NCBI GenBank assembly: GCA_017960605.1 | Contig: JAGCYV010000034.1 | Span: 7,192-71,191, forward strand | From: Bacteroidales bacterium | Lineage (GTDB): Bacteria; Bacteroidota; Bacteroidia; Bacteroidales; P3 | DNA length: 64,000 nt | Direction: 5' to 3' | In this document: positions 26,386 to 34,196 of the stretch, piece after piece | How positions within the stretch are numbered: the first letter of the stretch is position 1 | How the letters are laid out: each line of letters opens with the position of its first letter | Notes under the pieces: model-generated | What the model was told of the DNA's origin: nothing | The model's database searches: none | Seen by the model: only the letters and a program-made list of their open reading frames with translations | Position numbers and translations under genes: made by a program

Positions 26386-28890
26386 ATGTTGTCAATGAAG
26401 AAACTACAAATCATACTCAGCCTCCTGTCGCTGCTCCTGCCCGCCACAGCGCAGCAGAACAATCAAGCCTATGAAGGGCGCGACTTCTGGGTGGGATTTA
26501 TTGCAGATGGCGGCAGCGAGCAACCGAAACAGTTGAGTCTGATAGCCTACGGTGACACAGCCTGTACCATCACAGCCAACAACCCTCTGATGGGCTGGCA
26601 ACAAACAATCTCACTCTCGGCGGGTTCTAGTGTCGCCATCACCCTGCCTGTTTCCGCCCAGCCCGAACATTACTCATCCACCGAAACCAAGGGATTCCAT
26701 ATCACCTCCACGGCCCACATCCACCTCATTGCCCAGCTTGGCTCGCTTGCCTCGCGCGGAGTTTCGAGCATTCTTCGCACCGAAGCCCTAAGAACCCGTT
26801 ATATCGTACTCGACTATCCGTCCGATCCCACCCTAATTAATTACACTGGCGCTTCTGTTTGCATCGTGGCCACAGAGAACAATACCACCATCGAGTTCAC
26901 CCCGCCATGCAACCTGTACGCCCTGTCAGGCGACCCTACCGCACCCACTGCCAACTCTCCTACCACCCACACTTTCGCCACTGCCGGACAAACACTAACC
27001 CTCATGGCCAACAGTGCCAATGCCACCCTCAGCGGCATGGAAATCACTTCAGACAAACCCATTGCCGTCTTTCAAGGGAACCGGCTAACCGGCGTACCCC
27101 ATTCAACCCCCAGTGGCGATCTTTTGTATGACCAAACAATACCTGTAGAACAATGGGGCCAAAGTTATGCGCTGGTACCCACCCGAGGACGCTCCGTTGG
27201 CGACCGGGTGCGTGTGGTGGCCGACTCAGCCTGCACCGTTACTCTCAGCACCGGTAGTTCCTACACCCTGACCAGTCATGGAGCGACAGAATTCGACCTG
27301 CCTGCCAACCAACCCTGCATCCTCACCTCCACCAAACCTGTTAGCGTGGGCCTCTGCTCCAAAGGTTCAACCTATGGCGGAGAGCTTGGAGACGGGTCGC
27401 TGGTCATGCTGACTCCTATGGAACATACTGTAACCCAGGGTCGATTTATCACCTTCGCCTCACAACGAATCAACAGTTGGTTTGTGACCGTCACGACCAA
27501 CCAGCCCTCCACCATGACGCTTGATGGGAGCAACATTTATTCCCAATTCGGTTCTATTGGCTCCACCGGCTATAGCTACGCCCGCATCAACATAACAAAC
27601 GGAGTCCATTCACTTGCGAACAGCGCCGGTTCCTTCACAGCCTGGACCTACGGCATTGGCAATGTGGAGAGTTACATATACAACGTCGGTTTCGCACTCG
27701 ACTCCATTCCACCACAAGTGCACGACACCGTAGAATACTACGACACCGTGTGTAAAGGGGAGGCTTACAACAGGTACGGGTTCATCATCAACGAAGCCCT
27801 GACCGCAAATGTTGGAACCTTTACCCACCAAAGAGTTGCCTCCACGGAAGACACACTATTTCACCATGTGCTTCACCTCACCGTGCTGCCCGTGCCGGAA
27901 GAGACACACCTGACAGAGAACATCGTCATCGGCGACACGCTGTCCTATGCCGATACCCTGCTGACCACAGCGGGCACCTACATGTTCCATCTCACCGCAG
28001 CCAACGGATGCGACTCCGTCGTAACCCTACAACTGACCGTTCATCTGCCCCAAGACACGGTGGAATACTACGACACTCTCTGCCTTGGCGAGAGCTACGA
28101 CAGCCTCGGTTTCAGCGCCACCCCCAACGTCTCCGGCCCCATTCTCTTTGAACGTAACTCGGTAACCGACAGCGTCATCACCCACATTGAGCTACACCTG
28201 CAAGTGTGGCCCACCTACGATATCGAGGTCACCCAGACCCTCACCGGCGGTGAGGCCCTGCACTTCGCCGACACCCTTATCTACACGGCAGGTGAATACC
28301 TATTCCATTTCCTCACCGTACATGGCTGCGACTCTGTGGTCACACTGAAAGTCATCGACTGCTCTGAAGCAAGAAGACCTTGTGTGAACCTGAACCGCGA
28401 CTTTGTGGATTACGACACCCCGGTGCTGGTCCTCTCCGACTGCACCGACGGCAGCACCTCGTCGCTGTGGAGCTTCGACGACGGTGTCAATATCCGACTG
28501 CCGCGGGCACGCCGACAGTTCCATCCCCCACTACCTGACAGTGTCTCCATCAACCTGCACACCTGCGACTCCATCGGTTGCTGCACCGATACCACATTCA
28601 GCATCCCCTGCCGCATCCGCTCCGTATGGTTCCCCAACGTTTTCACCCCCGATGCCGAAAACAACAACCGCTTCGGCTGCCACACCTCGATGGATGTCGT
28701 CGAATTCGAACTCTACATCTACAACCGCCTCGGCCTACTGGTCTATAGCACCAACGACATCAACGCTCCCTGGGACGGCTCCCACGACGGAACTCCCTTG
28801 CCGCAAGCCACCTATGCATACCGATGGCACCTGCGCGACCAGTACAACGACATCCACTTCGGCACTGGTACAGTCACTCTTCTCAGATGA
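26386..28890 (+). CDS. T9SS type B C-terminal sorting domain protein (IgGFc-binding-like N-domain, 2 x 110-aa Cys modules, PKD-like segment, CTD)
   Basis: 834 aa. Signal peptide MKKLQIILSLLSLLLPATAQ. The N-terminal ~440 aa starts YEGRDFWVGF and ends ...SYIYNVGFAL, which resembles the IgGFc-binding N-terminal domain family. Two tandem DTVEYYDT-C...GCDSVVTL modules follow. The C-terminus VWFPNVFTPDAENNNRF...IYNRLGLLVY...WDGSHDGTPLPQATYAY...GTGTVTLLR is a type B CTD. Confidence 0.85.
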   Translation: MLSMKKLQIILSLLSLLLPATAQQNNQAYEGRDFWVGFIADGGSEQPKQLSLIAYGDTACTITANNPLMGWQQTISLSAGSSVAITLPVSAQPEHYSSTETKGFHITSTAHIHLIAQLGSLASRGVSSILRTEALRTRYIVLDYPSDPTLINYTGASVCIVATENNTTIEFTPPCNLYALSGDPTAPTANSPTTHTFATAGQTLTLMANSANATLSGMEITSDKPIAVFQGNRLTGVPHSTPSGDLLYDQTIPVEQWGQSYALVPTRGRSVGDRVRVVADSACTVTLSTGSSYTLTSHGATEFDLPANQPCILTSTKPVSVGLCSKGSTYGGELGDGSLVMLTPMEHTVTQGRFITFASQRINSWFVTVTTNQPSTMTLDGSNIYSQFGSIGSTGYSYARINITNGVHSLANSAGSFTAWTYGIGNVESYIYNVGFALDSIPPQVHDTVEYYDTVCKGEAYNRYGFIINEALTANVGTFTHQRVASTEDTLFHHVLHLTVLPVPEETHLTENIVIGDTLSYADTLLTTAGTYMFHLTAANGCDSVVTLQLTVHLPQDTVEYYDTLCLGESYDSLGFSATPNVSGPILFERNSVTDSVITHIELHLQVWPTYDIEVTQTLTGGEALHFADTLIYTAGEYLFHFLTVHGCDSVVTLKVIDCSEARRPCVNLNRDFVDYDTPVLVLSDCTDGSTSSLWSFDDGVNIRLPRARRQFHPPLPDSVSINLHTCDSIGCCTDTTFSIPCRIRSVWFPNVFTPDAENNNRFGCHTSMDVVEFELYIYNRLGLLVYSTNDINAPWDGSHDGTPLPQATYAYRWHLRDQYNDIHFGTGTVTLLR

Positions 28891-31730
28891 AACACCGATG
28901 CCCAATACTAATATTTCTGCTGCTGCCACTCCTTGCGGCGGCACAAGTCAGCTGTCCTCCTTTGGCATTGCCGTGGTTCGAGGACTTCGAAACGGGCTTC
29001 ACTCAGAACGGCGGATGGATCAACACCACCCTCGACAGCACCTACCACTACGACGACCACTGCTGGACACACTGCCTGCTCCACTATCCCGGCTGGCGCA
29101 GCATGACCACCTTCGAATACCTCTCCGTTACGCCTCCCGTCGTACGCAACAACTTGTTGCACATTGAGAAATCCTACTGGGACTTCAACGGCACAGAGCC
29201 CGGCGAACTCACTGCCGTCACGCCTCCATTGACCGCACCTCCTGTGGCGGTGCGTTTCCATGCCTATTGCATCATGGCCTGTGTCCACGGTCCAACCATC
29301 ACCGACCAGCTGCATGACACCGTCTTTGCCGACGGGGTGCCGGTGGCTATCGGCTATATCACCGACAACAACGACCCGATGGGCAGTTATATCCCTTTGG
29401 ACACGGTCTATGTCCGCAGTTATGACTTCCTCAACAAGAGCGTGGTATGCTCCGACCTGCACGGCATCACCATCCCCCCGCCACGGCGGCTGATATTCCG
29501 TGTAGCCGAACCGATGGCCGACTGGCGCGGCAACGTCATGATTTATATCGACAGCCTGACCGTCAGTAACGACACGCTAAACTGCGACAACTACCACCGT
29601 CCAACCACCTGCGACAATATCACCCTCGGACGTGAATTCTGGGGCATGAACCTGTGGAACACTGGATGGCGGGGAAGTATGCAATACCGTGAAGTGACCG
29701 CCATCCGACGCAACAGCCTCACCCTCACCATCGAAGACGTGGATGGACTCACCTTCACCGCCAACTACGCCTATCCCTCAGGCTTTGATTCCTATATTTC
29801 TTTTGGCATCCAAAACGTCATCCCCTCCGTTCAGACTCTCGGAGTACCCTACGACGGTGGTTTCCGCGTCCTTGCCGACAGTGATATCGAAGTAGTGGCC
29901 CACAGCTACGACAAGGGTAACTTCGAAACCTCCAAGCTGTTGGACATCTCCGCTCTCGACACGCACTATATCATCCAAGACTATCCTCCCTCCGACCCCT
30001 GCCGCACACAGGTGGGCTTTGTGGCCACCGAGGACAGCACGGTGCTCACAATGACCCTGCCCTGCGAGACCGAGAACAGCGCCGGCGACCCCTATCCTGC
30101 CGGCACCACGCTGACCACCACCCTCATGCGGCGACAGAGCCTGCTGCTGGTCAGCCGTAGCACCAACGCTTCCTACTCTGGCATGGAAGTACGCTCCAAC
30201 GGCAAGCCTTTCGCCGCCTTCTCCGGTGCCGTGTGGACCGCCGTGCCCAACACAGCGACAAATGCCGACCGCGACCACCTCTTCGAGCAAATCATCCCCG
30301 TCAAATACTGGGGACGCGAGTTCGTGGTGGCGGGAGCGTCGGCACAACAGGGCTACAACCGCCTGCGCATCACCTCGTCGGCCGACGGCTGCATCGTGGC
30401 CGTCGATGGAGTGGTCATCGACATCCTGGCCCGCGGTGCCACCTGCGACCACACCCTGCCGGCGCAGAGCCAGGTGCTCATCACCTCCACCCAGCCCGTG
30501 CTCGTGACCCTCTACCTTGACAGCTACAGCCTCAGCGGAAACATCGGCAATCCCGCCTCGGTCACCATACCGCCCGTCAATCGCGGCATCTGCCGCAGTC
30601 TCTTCCTCAACTTCCATAACGAGCAACCTCTGCAACACTACCTCATTATCGTCTGCGACACAGCCTACGACTCCGCTTTGCTCCTCGACTCACTGCCCCT
30701 CCCCTCCTCCGACTCCGTCGCCACCATCAATCACTATCGCGTGCACCGCATTCCCGTCTCCAGCGTTCTCCATTATGGTTACCACAGCATCGAGACCTCC
30801 GGCGGCGAGCCCTTTGTCGGCTACGTCTATGGTGTGGGCGACCATGAAAGTTACGCCTTCATGCTGGGATTCAACCCCGTACCGCAACTCGACACCGTCA
30901 CTCTCACCGACACCGCCTGCCAGCACCAAGCCTATCGGCGCGGTCCGTTCGACCTGCCGGCCAGGGCCCTGTCCGATGTCGGGACCTTCCTCTTCACCGC
31001 CGAGATGAGCACTGAAGAGGAGAACAGCCTCTACTGCCTGCAACTCACCGTGTTGCCGTCGCCCCACATCCACCTCCATGACACCCTCATACCCGGGGAT
31101 ACCCTGTGGGTAGGCGACAGCGCCTTGACGCAACCCGGCACCTACACCCTCCGCCTCACAGCCACCAACGGATGCGACAGCGTCGTCACCGTCAGCCTCG
31201 CCTCCTGCCTGCCCGAGGCCTGCTACAGCCTCAGCCGACCCTTCATCGACTACGACCATCCCGTGGTCACCTTCACCGACTGCACCGAGGGCGCCACCCT
31301 GAGCCAATGGCTCTTCAGCGACGGCAGCACCTACACGGGCTCGCCCCTGAGGCACCAGTTCCGCCACCAGCTTCCCGACAGCCTCAACGTGACCCTCCAC
31401 ACCTGCAACCGTCTCGGCTGCTGTGCCGACACCACCTTCCCATTGCCGTTACAGATCCGCTCCGTATGGTTCCCCAACACCTTCACACCCAGTGCCGAGA
31501 GCAACAACCGCTTCGGAGCCGTGACCTCGATGGAAGTATCCGAATACGAACTCGTTGTCTTCAACCGACGTGGACAGGAGGTCTTCCACACCACCGACAT
31601 CCGCATCCTGTGGGACGGCACCTTTGGCGGCACACCCCTGCCTCAGGGCTCCTACGTCTATCGCTGGAATCTGCGCGACACCACCGACCTGCAGCAGCAT
31701 GGCACCGGTACCGTCACCCTGCTGCGATGA
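28887..31730 (+). CDS. T9SS type B C-terminal sorting domain protein (paralog of the upstream gene with an extra N-terminal domain)
   Basis: I prefer the ATG at 28887 (MKHRCPILIFLLLPLLAAAQ). It overlaps the upstream TGA (ATGA). The N-domain begins LPWFEDFETGF, which is choice-of-anchor-J-like. Next come GREFWGMNLW (IgGFc-binding-like), one ...NGCDSVVTVSL module, a PKD-like segment and the type B CTD (VWFPNTFTPSAESNNRF...GTGTVTLLR). Confidence 0.85.
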   Translation: MKHRCPILIFLLLPLLAAAQVSCPPLALPWFEDFETGFTQNGGWINTTLDSTYHYDDHCWTHCLLHYPGWRSMTTFEYLSVTPPVVRNNLLHIEKSYWDFNGTEPGELTAVTPPLTAPPVAVRFHAYCIMACVHGPTITDQLHDTVFADGVPVAIGYITDNNDPMGSYIPLDTVYVRSYDFLNKSVVCSDLHGITIPPPRRLIFRVAEPMADWRGNVMIYIDSLTVSNDTLNCDNYHRPTTCDNITLGREFWGMNLWNTGWRGSMQYREVTAIRRNSLTLTIEDVDGLTFTANYAYPSGFDSYISFGIQNVIPSVQTLGVPYDGGFRVLADSDIEVVAHSYDKGNFETSKLLDISALDTHYIIQDYPPSDPCRTQVGFVATEDSTVLTMTLPCETENSAGDPYPAGTTLTTTLMRRQSLLLVSRSTNASYSGMEVRSNGKPFAAFSGAVWTAVPNTATNADRDHLFEQIIPVKYWGREFVVAGASAQQGYNRLRITSSADGCIVAVDGVVIDILARGATCDHTLPAQSQVLITSTQPVLVTLYLDSYSLSGNIGNPASVTIPPVNRGICRSLFLNFHNEQPLQHYLIIVCDTAYDSALLLDSLPLPSSDSVATINHYRVHRIPVSSVLHYGYHSIETSGGEPFVGYVYGVGDHESYAFMLGFNPVPQLDTVTLTDTACQHQAYRRGPFDLPARALSDVGTFLFTAEMSTEEENSLYCLQLTVLPSPHIHLHDTLIPGDTLWVGDSALTQPGTYTLRLTATNGCDSVVTVSLASCLPEACYSLSRPFIDYDHPVVTFTDCTEGATLSQWLFSDGSTYTGSPLRHQFRHQLPDSLNVTLHTCNRLGCCADTTFPLPLQIRSVWFPNTFTPSAESNNRFGAVTSMEVSEYELVVFNRRGQEVFHTTDIRILWDGTFGGTPLPQGSYVYRWNLRDTTDLQQHGTGTVTLLR

Positions 31731-31749
31731 CACCCCTTTGACAAACCAT

Positions 31750-31855
31750 CAACTCCGTATCAACTCCGTTGCCCCTCCGTCTCACCTCCGTCTCACCTCC
31801 GTTGACGGACGGAGGAAGGACGGTGAGTGGACGTAGCGGGAACGGAGGGGGTGGC
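31750..31855. repeat. long imperfect palindrome built from CA[AC]CTCCGT-type 11-mers (REP-like), copy 2
   Basis: Five direct 11-mers (CAACTCCGTAT CAACTCCGTTG CCCCTCCGTCT CACCTCCGTCT CACCTCCGTTG) are followed by about 4.5 inverted units (ACGGACGGAGG AAGGACGGTGA ...). It starts 20 nt after the stop at 31730 and could also act as a terminator. Confidence 0.9.
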
Positions 31856-31914
31856 TCGGGACTGCTTCGTGACTGCAAAATCTCTTTTCCTCTTGCGGAG
31901 TCAAGATTTTTTTG

Positions 31915-31922
31915 TATCTTTG
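31915..31922 (+). promoter_or_regulatory. candidate -7 box (TATCTTTG) for the S46 peptidase gene
   Basis: Exact TAnnTTTG match, 48 nt upstream of the ATG at 31970. Confidence 0.5.
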
Positions 31923-31969
31923 CATCGTGATAAGGAATTCAAATTATAAATTATTAAAACAATAAAACA

Positions 31970-34132
31970 ATGAAACTTCGTACTTTAGTGATTGCAATGG
32001 TCCTTACGGTGATGCTTCCCAGCGTGGCACGCGCCGACGAGGGCATGTGGCTCCTGTCCCTAATTGGGAAGAACTACGACGACATGCGGCGCGCCGGCTT
32101 CCAGCTAACGCCCGAGGACATCTACAGCGTGAACCAAAGCTGCCTGAAAGACGCCATCGTGGGTCTCGGCAACGCCGGCAGCCCATTCTGGCACTTCTGC
32201 ACCGGTGAAATTATCTCGTCGAAAGGCCTGGTGAGCACCAACCACCACTGCGGCTACGGCAAGCTGCAAGAGCACTCCACCGTGGAACACGACTACCTGC
32301 GCGACGGCTTCTGGGCCTACACCATGGAGCAGGAGTTGCCCAACCCGGGCCTGACGGCCTCCATCCTGGTGCGCATGGAAGATGTGACCGCCAAGGTGAA
32401 GGAATCGCTGCGCGACGACATGAGCGAGGGCGACCGCGAGGCGGCCATCAAGAAGGTATGCTCCCAGATCGAGGAGGAAGCCGTGGAAGGCACCAAGTAT
32501 GCCGCCAAGGTGAAACCCATGTTCAACGGCAACCAGTTCTTCCTGTTCGTACATATCATCTACCGCGACGTACGTCTGGTGGGAGCTCCCCCGAGCTCGA
32601 TGGGCAAATTCGGCGGCGACACCGACAACTGGAGCTGGCCGCGCCACACCTGCGACTTCTCCATGTTCCGCATCTACACCGACAAGGACGGCAACCCCGC
32701 CGACTACAGCCAGGACAACATCCCCCTCGAACCCAAACACCACCTGCCCGTGAGCGCCGGCGAGTTAAACGACGGCGACTTCGCCATGGTGATGGGCTTC
32801 CCTGGCACCACCGACCGCTTCCTGACCAGCTACGGCCTCGAGGAGACGATGGACATCACCAACAAACTGCGCTATGAACTGCGCACCGTGAAAATCAACA
32901 TCTTGCGCGAAGAGATGGCCGCCGACCAGGCCACCCGCATCAAATACGCCTCCAAGTATGCTTCCTGCTCCAACTACTGGAAATACAGCAACGAGCAGAA
33001 CAAAGCCCTGAAGAACCTGAACACCATGGGTGTGAAAAAAGAGGTGGAGAAGGAATTCAACAACTGGGCCCGCTTCCAACGCAGCCCCAAATACAGCAAC
33101 GCACTGGGCCTCATCAAGAAAGGTTACGCTGCCCGCCGCAGTGCGGAGGAAGCCAACATGTATGTGCTGGAGGGCCTGCTGACCGGCCCCGAGGCTCCGA
33201 TGTTCGCCACCCGCCTGTGCCGCTCGTTCCAACGCGACCTCGAGAAGGACAAGGAGGCCGACCTGAGCCGCTACGAGGCCTATGCCGCCAACTTCTTCAA
33301 AGACTATGACGAGCGCGTCGATCGCCGTCTGTCGGCTGCATTCTTCGAGTATGTATATACCCACATGAATCCCGACATCTGCCCGAATTTCCTCAAGGAT
33401 GCCCATAAAAAATACAAAGGCAACTGGGAGAAATATGTGAACGACCTCTACAGCAAGAGCATCTTCTCCAACCAGGAGAACCTCGGAAAATTCCTCCTCA
33501 AACCCAACGCCAAGCAATTGGAGAAAGACCCGCTGGCCGCCGCCGGCATGGAGGCCATGGACATCTACTTCGGCCTCGACGCCTCGGTGTCGCAGGAATC
33601 CAAAGACGAGCTGCAACGCGGCATACGCGACTTCACCGACGGTGTGCTGCAAATCAACGAGGGCAAGAAACTGATGGCTCCCGACGCCAACTCGACCATC
33701 CGCCTCACCTATGGCAACGTGATGAGCTACGAGCCCAAGGACGGCCTCATCGCCAAACACTACACCACCATGAAGGGAGTCATCGACAAGGAAGGCCCCG
33801 TGGGAACCGAGTTTGAAGTGCCTGAGCACCTGAAGGAGCTCTACGCCCAGAAGAACTTCGGCAACTATACCAACCGCCGCGGTGAGATGCCCACCTGCTT
33901 CATCACCAACAACGACATCACTGGTGGCAACAGCGGATCTCCCGTCATCAACGGCAAGGGTGTACTCATCGGACTGGCCTTCGACGGCAACAGCGAGGCC
34001 ATGAGCGGCGACATCGACTTCGAGGAGAACCTACAACGCTGCATCTGCCTCGACAGCCGCTACATGCTGTGGGTCATCGACGTCTATGCCGGTGCCCGCA
34101 ACCTCATTGAGGAAATGGATATCGTAAGATAA
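31970..34132 (+). CDS. S46 family dipeptidyl-peptidase (DPP7/DPP11-like)
   Basis: 720 aa. Signal peptide, then ADEGMWLL...TNHHCGY (catalytic His region) and a C-terminal GGNSGSPV (catalytic Ser). These are characteristic of peptidase family S46. Confidence 0.88.
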   Translation: MKLRTLVIAMVLTVMLPSVARADEGMWLLSLIGKNYDDMRRAGFQLTPEDIYSVNQSCLKDAIVGLGNAGSPFWHFCTGEIISSKGLVSTNHHCGYGKLQEHSTVEHDYLRDGFWAYTMEQELPNPGLTASILVRMEDVTAKVKESLRDDMSEGDREAAIKKVCSQIEEEAVEGTKYAAKVKPMFNGNQFFLFVHIIYRDVRLVGAPPSSMGKFGGDTDNWSWPRHTCDFSMFRIYTDKDGNPADYSQDNIPLEPKHHLPVSAGELNDGDFAMVMGFPGTTDRFLTSYGLEETMDITNKLRYELRTVKINILREEMAADQATRIKYASKYASCSNYWKYSNEQNKALKNLNTMGVKKEVEKEFNNWARFQRSPKYSNALGLIKKGYAARRSAEEANMYVLEGLLTGPEAPMFATRLCRSFQRDLEKDKEADLSRYEAYAANFFKDYDERVDRRLSAAFFEYVYTHMNPDICPNFLKDAHKKYKGNWEKYVNDLYSKSIFSNQENLGKFLLKPNAKQLEKDPLAAAGMEAMDIYFGLDASVSQESKDELQRGIRDFTDGVLQINEGKKLMAPDANSTIRLTYGNVMSYEPKDGLIAKHYTTMKGVIDKEGPVGTEFEVPEHLKELYAQKNFGNYTNRRGEMPTCFITNNDITGGNSGSPVINGKGVLIGLAFDGNSEAMSGDIDFEENLQRCICLDSRYMLWVIDVYAGARNLIEEMDIVR

Positions 34133-34191
34133 TCCATAACCTATATTATTGGATATCGTAAGATAATCCATAACCTATGTTATTGGATATC
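34117..34191. repeat. 34-bp tandem duplication (2.2 copies) spanning the last codons and stop of the S46 gene
   Basis: GGATATCGTAAGATAATCCATAACCTAT[A/G]TTATT occurs at 34117-34150 and 34151-34184, with a partial third copy at 34185-34191. One mismatch. Confidence 0.95.
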
Positions 34192-34196
34192 TACCA

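Noticed and set aside
28824-28886. 21-codon 5' extension of the second type B CTD ORF (ORF-track start 28824)
   Set aside because: The extension lies inside the upstream gene's CTD. The ATG at 28887 gives a canonical signal peptide and an ATGA overlap.
32765-33829. 354-aa minus-strand ORF antisense to the S46 peptidase gene
   Set aside because: This is a shadow ORF in roughly 58-60% GC coding DNA. The plus-strand frame carries the S46 catalytic motifs.
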